Shown here: piece after piece, positions 1 to 12,200 of the stretch
How positions within the stretch are numbered: position 1 is the stretch's first letter
Layout: every line of letters starts with the position of its first letter
NCBI RefSeq assembly: GCF_052425735.1
Contig: NC_135768.1
Location: 8,742,001-8,806,000 of the forward strand
Direction: 5' to 3'
DNA length: 64,000 bases
Origin: Oculina patagonica
Lineage: Eukaryota
Translations under genes and position numbers: made by a program
Notes under the pieces: model-generated
What the model was told of the DNA's origin: nothing
Databases searched by the model: none
The model's input: the letters and a program-made list of their open reading frames with translations, nothing else

Positions 1-167
1 TTTTATGCGTTTTTCCAGCGATTACTATAAGTAATTCTTAATCATGACTAAAACCATACACATGAACTGTGAATAGACTAGAGGGTGAAAAAATGGTCCT
101 TAAATAGTAAACTCCTCAAAACCTAACTTTAATGCATTACGTGTTTATAAAGAGCTGGCAGTTTTAC

Positions 168-230
168 CGAGCAGTCTGTGGATCAACTCAGCTATTCTTG
201 CTCGTGAATTGTGTTCACCCATCGATACAT
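168..230 (-). CDS. PSME4: PSME4 exon 24
   Basis: [20 protein letters not shown], comparable to human ENHREVIATVIRKLL. Confidence 0.85.
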
Positions 231-3200
231 CTGAAAAAGATAATATATTAGATGTGTGATTTTGAGTTCCGTTACAGGGCACCCAAACTCTATTAGACAA
301 AGATATTCATAAGTTTATAGAACTAAGAAAAATTGAGAAAAAGCTAATGCAAATGATACCTGGCTCCATCGAGACAGTGTTCTTAAATCTTCCACGGCTT
401 ACGAGAGTCTTAAGGCCTCTGCAAAGTTAATACAGAAATTGCGTTTTTAAAGAAAATTCTCATCTGTTTCCCCATAGTTTTGGAAGAATACATTGCAGCA
501 ATGCCAGTCGAGAGCTTTTACTCGCTAGCTACGCCAGTTGCGTTAACTGAATACCAAATCATTGATATATACACTGGACCGGCAACTTTGACATTCACAG
601 TAATACAATTTACCGTATTTACTGGCAGTTTGGTGTGATTATTTCGCATATAAATGTGTGTACTCAGTCTGGGCGCAAATGCTATTTTCTGCAAATGTTT
701 GTTAATACACCCCAAAAGGTTTTGATTTAGCATTTGATTCGTGTTGCTTTAGACAACGAGCACGAGTTTTTCATTAGCGAGTTGTAAACGATGGGCAATC
801 GAGTATTCTAATGGTTTTAGTGGACGCTATAGATTGTAACGGTCAAAAACATACTACGGATTTTCAATAGAACTCGCTGAGTGTCTTTGAATCCTGATAA
901 TAGAGAGCGCTTCGAACGTTTGACGGTAGTTATCAGAGTACACAACGTAAATCAACAACATTAGTACCAAAAACTCGCGGCCCAAATGGGATAAAACATG
1001 TAATAATACAATTATCAAAAAATAATAAATAAAAGAAAATAGAAAAAAAAAAGAGTATGTTCCCTGACTGCCTGTTAACAGAATAACGATAGAAAAGCAG
1101 ACACTTACAGGTTTTCCAACGGAGGTCTCTTCCAGTCAGGTAACAGAATGGCAGCACCAGACAGACACCCACAGATTATATTCAGACACTGCTGGAGTTC
1201 CTCCCTGAAGACGTAACAATAAATATCGTGTTAGGGCCTGTTTACATGATTCCGGAATGACTTTCATTCCGGAACGAAACTCGTTCCGGAATGAAGTTCG
1301 TTCTGCATTTACATGGCAGAGTCGACCAGTTCAACCAAAGGCATTTTCACGTGCGCGGTTTTCGCGCGAGATCAAAACAAGATGGCGCATGTTTCACGCA
1401 AACATGTTTTTGTGCCCATTAATTGCCGTATCTGCAATTTTAACAAGTAATTTTACCATAGAGCTGCTTCTTTGGGCTAAACAGTAAATGCTATAATTTT
1501 GTTTTTTCGCTCAGAATTCAAACTGTGGAGTCCGTATGCGGTTTCATGAGTTGCAATTTCATCTCGAACGAAATTCGTTCTGTGTTTACATGATACCAGA
1601 ATGAAATGTCATTCCAGAACGAAACTTTCATTCCGGAATGAAAACCGGAATGAACTCATTCCGGAATGACTTGACTTTCGTCTCGGTATCATGTAAACAG
1701 ATACAAAGAAATGTATGGGGATGGAATGAACTCGTTCCGGAATGAAAGTCATTCCGGAATCATGTAAACAGGCTCTGCCAAAATTTACACAATGGAAAGC
1801 ATAGAATGATGTCCCAGGAACTTTAAAGGAGCTATGTCACGGGGATTTCGCGGATTTTTGGTCTAAACTTTTCTGAAATTAGTGGTAGAAAACATGAAAA
1901 ACATTATCTTTGAACGTCTAAAGGAAGATTTAACGATAATTTGCGAGGAAAATTCAAACCACGGCTATAAATATAGATTTCTTTGAAGACTCGCGGAAAC
2001 AACTTTAAAAGTTAAGCCACAATGTTTCAAGTTGTAATCCATTTCCATTCTCGTCATCCGCAGCCAAAGACGCTTGTTAACAGTGACCATTATTTTTTAG
2101 GTTTCCTCCGACACAAATGTATATTTTCGCTGTTCAAAAATCTGTTAAAGGGACTGTGTCGTGGATTTCAGCCAAGTTTAGACATGGAAATGAGCATCAA
2201 ATTCGGAGATACACTGTAATACAAATAACCTCTTAATTAAGACAGTAAAAAATACAAAAATACAAAAGAAGATACGGATGGCCAAAAGTAATGAAGATTG
2301 AAACGTATTACGATTATAGGTTTTTATATGTTGTTGGGTTGAACAGTTTTCAGTGGTAATCTCGTTTGCTTGTACAATTGTAACTGTAAAATATAATGCC
2401 CGGGAGACACATTTGGTTGCAATGAAGCTTTAGTTTTGTCATTTATATCCAGAAAAGTGATTTTTTTTTTTCAAAAAGTAAGTTTCATATCGGGTTTTTA
2501 GCAAAACTTAATAAAATTCATGAACTTAACTCAGCCGTGACACGGTCGCTTTAAAATCCGCTACAAAGCCCCTTTAAATTAACATTACAAAATGACAGAC
2601 CTTGATAGTGTCAGTGATTCATCCAGGAACTTTTCAAGTCTTGTCAGCTCTGGCTGTAAAAACGTGTCCAACAGTTCCTTTGCTAACAGCTTCTCTTCCT
2701 CTGATGGTATGTGCCACTGAATGTTAAGGTTAAAAAGATCTCCTGGTTTTCCCCAGTCCTGTACGTGAGGTAACAAAAACAAATACACAGTTATTGTCAA
2801 CAACTTGCTCAACACCCTTTGTTCATATTATTGATTTAAAGAAATGATACACATAATCTTACCTCTTTCGCATTTTCCCACTTTCAGTTAGTTACACTGT
2901 AAAACTATTATTCCTGGGGTTATGGCGACGCATGCTAGACTACAGTAGCCAGAAATCTGGCTGGAAACATTGACATGGCATCTTTAAGGCTGAAAACAGT
3001 TTAGCTAACTTGCAAAACTACCAGTATGTCACCCACAGAAATCCTAATGCCGGTAAATGTAGTTTTTTCACAATTTGTGTTAACTAACGTCTGTGAAGTT
3101 CAACTTAATTTCAGCAGGACATAATTTACAGGTATTTTAAGCTACAAGTTACAGAAACATAATTATACAAAAGCTCACCCTTATAAACAGATGTTCGGTT

Positions 3201-6200
3201 GGTGGTGTTCCAAAGTCAACCAACACACTCCTCCACTCCATGGGGTAAATCTTAGCCAGTGGTCGTAACATGTGCTCCAGAAGCTGTTGATAATGAAAGA
3301 TGACAACTATTGGTCAGATGTTCTTCTATACAAATAACTAAAGAAACTCTAAATAGTTTTATTACGTTACAAGTTCTAATTATCGCGCATTCAGAGCCAC
3401 AGTAGCCTATGATATGCGATGCGAAATGTGTGATGTGCAATGTGTGATGGTTTAAACTGCCATTAATAGAAAGGGTAGTGTAAAGGAGTACATACAGCAG
3501 TACCCCAATAGTTGCCATCTAAGGGACAAATTTTATATTCTCAAATTGGGGGGAGAATACAAGGCGACAAACTTCACTTACTGTAGCTCCTAAAGTGGCT
3601 GCCTCTTTGCACTTGAGGTGAATTGTAGATTTAATTGCTGCAATTAGCTTTTCTTTATACTGTAAAGATCCACTGGAGCGAACAACCTGGGGGAGATAAC
3701 GCCATGCATGGTATCATCAATATCAGGGAGAAAAAAAGCAACTGTGGAGGGGAGGAAGGGAAAAGTGCATGATGCAAATACAATAAAAGATACAGAGTAA
3801 ATTCTGATAGCCTCTTACGCACACGACGAATTGTTGCATGAAAAGTGTCTCGAGTGAGTAACGTCAAACCAGTGATTTAAGCAATCACAAAATAATTGTT
3901 TCTTCCCAGGGTAATTGTGAAGGTCAAAACAAACTGTCAAAAGCTACATGTACATGGATACAGGGAAAGGGATTGATCCTTGTAGACAATTTACTGTTGG
4001 TGGTGTTTGAGTGCCGTAATATTGTCTCCGATTATTTAATGGGCTGGTTTAAAAACTTTGCCCTGCCAGAATTGACAAGCCGCATGATTGTTCAAATGTA
4101 GCCTCAAATGCACACGATTAACTGCTGCATGAGAAATGTCTTGAACGATTGAGTGTTAAACCAATGTTTTGGGCGATCAGAAAAAATCGCTTCCTGCCAG
4201 GGCAATTGTGTAATAACCCAAAATGACTGTAGACGAATACATGTAAGAAAAATAATATATAAACAATCATACAAACCTCTGATAAAATCTGAAGATTCCA
4301 TAACAGTTGATCATCAACCTCCTCTTCTTCTGCAACACCTTCCACTGAAAGACAGTAGTCAAAATTGTATTTTACACTGATAAAGTAATTTTCTGAGAGT
4401 TGGAAAATTTTTTATTACAAGATGTTTATCTTAGATATACTTATCTTATCTGATTATTCTGAAGAAAACTGTTCTGACTATTTTCACTGCAATGAGCAGT
4501 TTTTCATCATCATCATCATTTATTTGCCACTTCAGAATTAAACATACAAATTAAAATAACTTAAAAAGATAGGGCGAGGAGACCTCCAAGAAACCACAAG
4601 GCTTATGGGGGAGGCCACCTCGGGTTAGCAATAAGTTAGTAATTTCGCTGTGAATGTGCAGCTAGGCCAATTTCAGACTCATTTTATTAGAAATAAAATG
4701 AGTTTTGGCTAACTGCATAACCAAACCGGTTGGGGAGAGGGTGCTCCCACATGAAAGGGACAGGGATGCTCATCATCCCACTTAGGGTGTAAATTACGGC
4801 CTTCAGCCTCTAAGATGCTCAGAACAGCAAGCCAATAATTTATTATTCAGGTGTCGCGGTCTTCTGTATGGCTACATGCAAGAAAGTAAAAAACGCTATC
4901 ATTTTACTATGTAAAATGTTGTTGTTCTATAGCTGATCAGGCCAAAAAGTGATTAGAATGGGTTTATCACGTTTCGCCTTATTTGACCAGTGTAAATAAA
5001 ACAGTAACTTACCAGAGGTTAAATGTTCAATAACTGAACAGCAATGAGGTACAAACATCTTCAGAGTAGCTGTTGCATTTGTCTGTAATAAAACAAAAAA
5101 TACATATTAATTAAAAAGAATTCATTGAAACACATATTTCTAAAGGACAGTAAAATCCCTTAATCCTCTTCAAACATAAAGGTCTTTATCAATTATCATG
5201 AGTACTTTTAGTATTGTGGTGTGTTAGTAAATTTATCTTGAACAAATCTTTGTTATTTGACCATTGCTGTTATGCAGTAACCATTTGGTACTTCCAGTGT
5301 AAAAAGTCTGACAGGTTAAACCTACTCTGCTACGTGTAAGAATCTTTTATAAACTGTATTTGAACTGTACAAATTTCTTTAAGCATTGTGCAGCTACATG
5401 TACAATTACTACATCTACTGCACAGTTAACCACACTTCTTTATTTCTTATTTTTTATAATAAATTTTTAACTCAGTAAAGTATAACCGTTGTGGTTCAAT
5501 GTTATCCTTGGTTCAAATTTTGTTTTACTTTGTTTTAAATTTATTATCATACACTGTACATACCATACCCAAAAAACAACTGAAGAATAAAATTGAACCA
5601 CAACATAACCACAGTCAGGAGCAGACTCTATACCAGCCAAACAGCTGTAAACTCACCCTGGCAGCAGCCCGGCACATGTCTGATGCCATCTTTCCTGCTA
5701 CCTTTGTTTCAAGTACTTTGTTGGCACAAAAGGCAAACAGCTGCTCAAGAGCACACTACAGAAATAATGAACAAATAGATGTACAGCGTGAAGTCTAGTT
5801 ACATATAAAAAATATTAATAAATTAAGTCAAGGGTGCACTTGGGTCAAACTGGCCCAAAGGGATGTCCTAAGCTTAATCCCAGAAGGGTATCTATAGAAT
5901 AAAGCAAGTACATGTATGAGTCACGTTGTATTCGGGGGTACAGGGATAGCACAGTGGTGAAAGCACCCCCTTCCCAACAATGTGGCCCAGGTTCGATTCC
6001 CAGACCTGGCATCATATGAGGGTTGAGTTTGTTGTGGGTTCTTGTCCTTGTTCTGAGGGTTTTTCAGTCTGGCTTCTCCAGTTTACCTCCCTCCCCAAAA
6101 ACCAAAACTCCTAAATTCCAACTTGATCTGAAATCCGAGGGCAACAGGTTTTTCGATTAGTAGGGTTGTTGAATTGTTAATTTGAAACTCTGTGGGACAG

Positions 6201-9200
6201 GAAGACTGCGATCTTTTCTACTACCTGTTATTAGTGGTGTAAATAAAGAAATCAAAAATCAGAGACAACATCAAGAACAATTTGAAATTTCAATTTAATT
6301 CTCTGAAAATTTGAAGTACCATTTGCCAACCTTATTGCTTCTCTCAGAATCCGTGATGCTCAGGGTTACCCTGTGGATAATGAAATTCTATGGAAACGAT
6401 TTTAACAGGAAAATATCAGACTGATTGTTTCGGTAGTACAGAAGACTTTACCTGGAAAATCTTTGGCGAGCTCTGCATGAGGATTGCATGGAATGTCGAT
6501 GCCACACCCATTCCCATCATTCCTTCCAGGGAGTGGCGCTGATCAGCTTTCATTGTGGTACTGTCCAGTTCTGACGTGTTCTCAAATGATGAGTTATCAA
6601 TCATTGAAAAACATCTAAAAAAAAAAAAAATGTTGATGGACTGAGATAAAGATGCACATGGTTTAGATACAGATTATTAAAATGTTATTGTGTTATTGAT
6701 AACACAATAAGGGGTCATGAATGGTCCCCTCAAAATGTCGCAGTGCTCGCAATGCTCGCAAAATTTTAGTAGCTGCTCGCTTGCTCATGCTCGCACATTT
6801 TTACAAGTGCTTGCATGCTCGGTTTTTAGTAGAGGTAGGTTTTTGAAAAGTGCTCGTTGCTCAAGAGGCTAATTTTTGTCAATGCTTAATTGTGCTCGCA
6901 AAGAAAAACGCTGTGCTGGCATGCTCGCAAATGCTCGCAAAGACCATTTGATACCCCTACAATTATTATTTACCTGTCCATAAACTGTAACACAAAGTCT
7001 TCAAACTGAGCTGTTGCTAGACATAACTCTTTCTCATCCTGCAAAATATTAATAAAAGTATTAGGGGTTTCCTTAATGCAGTGCTGTCTATGTGCAAATC
7101 TGAGCTTTCTAAAAATAATAACTATAAATAAAACAATATGTCAATGTTACCTCTGTCATCTCTACAACTCCCACAGCCTCTGAACAATCAACCACAGGCA
7201 CCAGGCAGACAACAGTGGAAATGAACATAAACGTTCCCTGAAAAAAAAAAAAACACTATTAATATTTAAAGTACTGGTTCAGTACTGAACTGTAAAATTC
7301 TCACACTAAACCTTTTAATCCACTGCAAGTAAAGAACCTGTACAGCTACCTGCCATCACAAACTTTAGAGATATGAAATGTCGATGGAACATGTACACGA
7401 TAGTGGAGGCAAGTAAGGATCATTCTTGAATCTTTACAGATTAAGGGCAAAGTTGTAATATTATTTTTCCTGTTATCATTCCTAATTCCTGCAGATCAAG
7501 ATTTAGGGGTGCTGATTTCTTTCACTACGATCAAACTTTGTTCAAGGTAATTGAGGATTTGAAAAAAACAAGTTAGAGATACTGGTAGCCCATTGTAAAT
7601 GAATGACAACCACTAGTAAGCAAATCCAAGGAAAACAAGTTTAAGGATGAAAGGACACCCATGTGAAAGGGATGGGGATGCTTGTTGGAAAATTTAAATT
7701 ACCTTATTATAGGAATATAACGTTGCATTTTAACAACGCGAACAAAATGTACTCGTAATAAAATTAACGCGAATTGTCGAAAATTTATGTTAACATGTAT
7801 TTAATTAACGCGAATTCTCGTGTGGTGTGTGCTTACATGCAGTTAATTAACGCGAATTTGATGCGTAGTAATTTTTATTGCAACCTGCGCTCTTCAAAAG
7901 ACAAAACAACAATGTCCAAAAACAGAACTTGAGGTTTAATTCTGATAAACCATATACAACAAAGATATGTAAATAGACGAAATAGTGACTAATATTCAGT
8001 GAATGGGTCCAGGGATGGAATACATCCCGTCCTGGCTCTTTCCACTGCCTCTATTATTCCTGCGGCTTTGACGGAGAAGTAGATGACATGTAAACATAAC
8101 TTTGCAGAAAATAAATGTCTCTTAAAATAACGATGCTGTAAAATAGTGTGATTTAAATTAACAATGACGTAAATTAAGGTACATAAAATTAACGCGAATT
8201 TTTGAAATTCGCGTTAATTACATGTATCGTTAATTTCCTATAATAAGGTAAACCCCTAGACGAGACCAATCTGGGTGGGGCTTGAGTTTTTTTTGGACCC
8301 TAATGGTGGATTTCCACTGACGCGTAAATTTTTACGTGCGTGAAAAAAATTAGAGACAATGTATGAACGGCCTGCGTAAACGTGTACGCAAGCCGTTCAC
8401 ACATTGTCTCTAATTTTTTTACGCACGTAAAAAATTACGCGTCAGTGGAAATCCACCATAAAAGATACCATTTTTAATGCTTGATCGGTCTAGGTCACTA
8501 ACACAATATGACAGCTCTTCTTATGTTTTCACATGCATCTCCAAATAAGACTCTAAATTGGCTAAAAATATTTAGAGCTTTGTTCTGAACACCCAAAGTG
8601 AGACCAAAATCTGTAATCTACAATGCAGTACACCCCTAAGCATCTTCATCCCTTTCAAATTTGAGTCCCCCTAGCTTACCTCCCCACCATCCTGGGAGTT
8701 TGAGACGGCAGAAGGCCAGGGTTCAAGATATCAGACACCAATCTAATTACATTGAATACACGTACATTTCCACTTTATTAGTGATGATCACTTTCTTTTC
8801 CCGCATAACCCACAATCTTGAGCCACTAATCACTATAAATGTAAGTCGAGTCGAGCCAATGCTGGTCATTGGCAATCAGTACTAGACCATGCGCCATAAT
8901 GTCACATACGGGGTTTTCCCGATTTACATGTTTACATGTATCGTGTGTTCCAGCTGCGTGTGGTTGTGCAGTTTGTTAATTTCTACATGTAGCTCCTAAC
9001 GTGCATGTGAGTTGCTGTTTACTCCCAGAACCCTCCCTCCCTCATTGGTGGATTTGGTAAGTATAGGGTTGGTAAGTATTTCCACTGACTTGGTCAGTGT
9101 GACAGTGTCTTGATCTGGTGGGTGGTTGCCACTCTCAGAGCTGCCATGGATACCTGCACGCCCTGCTTGAGCTCGTTTTTTTGCTGTGGAACCACCATTC

Positions 9201-12200
9201 ACTGTCATAGGCACCTTCCCCAAGCTCATCTATTAATGATGAGTTTAACACAGCCTACACTCACCAGAGCCTTCCTAAAGTCATTAGGATCTATTCCAGG
9301 CAACACCAGCTGTAACAATGGTAGAACATGGCTGCGGCCAGCTGGGTAGGACTCGTCTGGCCTGACAAGTGCCCTGGCTACTGATGTCACACAGTTTAAG
9401 GTGGCAGTCAACTGGTGAGGTTCGGTCAGGGTACCCAATGCCACATATAACCTTTGACAAGAAGGTATACATGACATTTAAGTGGTACTGTACATGTCAA
9501 ATGTTATTGAACTACAATCATGTCGATTAGTTGGTCTGTATCGGGGAATAAGTTACTGAGGACATGAAAGACCAATGTTCACAGAATTCAAGAACAAGTG
9601 CATTTTTTGATGTTTTTGTTTTTTGTTCTTTTAAATAATTTTTTAACTTTGCTCTCTTTAAACTAGCATGTTGACTTCATCAACCATTATTTTCTTTTTA
9701 TAACTGTGTTATTGCCAACGAGACAGGCGAGCGAAAACGCGAGCCTGTCTCGGCGGCAGTATATAGAGCCGTGGGTAGTGTGAGGGCTATGCAGAAAAAA
9801 TCTCAGAATCTTTCAGCTCGATTTTCGTGTAATCCGGTTCCGGTAGCGATATTTTTTTGACCATATTAGGATGTAGGCGGAAGTTGTCGAAAACACAATT
9901 TCCGATGTTTTCAGCCAATCCGTTCAGCAGAATCTGTTCAGCACGTGCACACTTTGTTGTAGTTTGGCCGATCAGCGCGCTACTAATTTGTTTAGCACGT
10001 GCATGATGCATTGGCAACTAAAATTCCCAGACAAGATGCGTGTCAGATAACAAAGAGGTTTCAAATCTGTTCACTTCAAAAGCCAAAATTCGCGAACTAG
10101 AGATTGAAATACGAAAGAAACTTGAATTAAACTTTGTTTAGAATTTAATTTCATTTAAGATGAAGGCAAGAAATGCATTACAAAGCTTCAAAATTTCCAA
10201 AGCTTCGAAAATTTCAAAGTCATACAAATTTGCATGCGTAATTAAGTTAGGTCGGGCTATGAAAACAACAGGGAAACGAATTTGGTGTCGTGGATTTTAT
10301 CGATCAGAAGAGAGCTATTTAGAGTTTTTTTTCGTTTCTCGAATTTATAAAATAAATGCCCTATACTTTATTTTGTTACTGGAGTGTCTAGCTTTTTTTT
10401 CTCGGACAACCGGGCCTTGAATTTTCCTTAAAGCTGTCTCAACAACAACAGTTTAACGTGACATTTGAGACGTCACGCATTGCGCGTGATGAATTATTCT
10501 CGGAACGGTGGTGGTAAAATAAAATAAACTTGTTCCATCTTTGGCCACAAAGATGGAACCTCAAATTTGTTGGATACTTACGTGTTGAGTGGATTTAACT
10601 GCAGTGTGGAAAGTTTAAAATAATTTGTTTTGGCAAATATTTGTAAAAGTTTGCTTTTTGTTTCGTAATTTATTTTCCGAGTTCAGTGGGTCATAGCAAC
10701 TTTGATTAAGACCTTTAGGACTTAAAAAAAAAAAGCTCAAACAGCAGCGATAGCGGCATCGAACAACAATGGCTTGAAACTCTCAAAAACATGGAGTTTA
10801 GAAGATTTCTCACTAAATCTTCACTACTTTCACGGTATTATTTTAGAACTTTTTCCTCATTTAGCCTTCACAAAATCGCATTTTATTCCAGAAACATTCA
10901 AGATTTTCAAATAAACACCCAATGTTTATTGATCCGACCAAAATCATAAAGCGTACTTTCAGCCAAACATTTACAATTATCCTCCCTTCTTCTCTCGATC
11001 TCCCGTTGTACTCGTTGGCATTTCTACCGATAGGTACCACTAGTTAAATATACTGTTCATTGCTGTGTTCATAAAATAAGTCTTTACATACAAACTCTTT
11101 TACATTACCCACTCAACTCTGTGCAGCAATCACTATCTCTAAGAAACCCTAGTATCTAATGTTATTCAGTCATGGAGAACGAGAGCCAGAATTAAATTTT
11201 GTCTTGAAAAACAATCTAACTAGAGCCTTACTTGTCTAACAGTGTTGGTAGGACAATGTCAGGTTTGATTAGTGCCAAGTTTTGGAGTGCTCCAGCAGCA
11301 TCAAAGCTTCCACTCTTGTTAAACACGGCCAGCATAACGGCTGGTTTGAGGCATTCTACAAATGCTGTGAGTTCTTCATCTTTTAGCTTTGCCTCCTCTG
11401 GGATGGGAGTCTCCCAAGAATTCTTTGGAAATCTCTCTCTAGTGAAAAACAATTTACACTGGTCAAATTTGGTAAAAATTAAGGGAATGAAATTGATCAA
11501 TATAATAATCAAATCATCAATTTAGTTAAACCATAGTAAAATAAATGAATTTAAATTATTGCAACATTATTTTATTTTATAAATTATTCATCTGTAGAGT
11601 TAAAACTGCCAATAAGACAGACAAAATATATAAACTTGTCAATTTGTTACTACATTTACATGTAACATTCATTAAGGCAACATAATGATTGATGTAAATC
11701 ATCCTCAGAGCCCTTAAGGTTATCATAATAATAATTACTTTAATTTATGAAAAATAATTTTAAAAATTAATAGTTAACTTGCAAAAAAAAATCAAGTTTT
11801 TGATTTCATGTTTACAGTAATTACCTGTGAAGTCTCTTGATCATTTCCTTGGGCAAGTTGTAAAGAAACCTCTGGAGCTTACCCTGTGAGAAAAGGAAAC
11901 GGATGAATCTCTCCCTTTGCCTAATAACCTTTCTTTATTTACATGACTGTACACTGTTTATACTGTACATGTAGACCTAGGTAGACACTGGACCATGATA
12001 AAATGCACGGGTATGACAACAGACAGAATTGGAGAATAATACATGTAGTCCTGATACCAGTAATATTAATCAAAACTATAATAACAACACTTGTTAACCA
12101 TAACCAAATAAAAACATAACAGTTGAGTTTATTTCTGACTGAGATACACAATAAACTAAAACATAGCGATGCAAATGGCACATGTAGTGTCCAATTTCCG

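Noticed and set aside
351-359. PSME4 intron 23 donor GTATCA as a U12-type intron
   Set aside because: Does not match GTATCCTT; treated as U2.
5940-6010. tRNA-like A/B boxes (also 26230-26295)
   Set aside because: No complete cloverleaf, and followed by SINE-type body sequence; these are SINE heads, not tRNA genes.
8996-9229. Possible Penelope/GIY-YIG C-terminal remnant
   Set aside because: Similarity too weak to support without a search.
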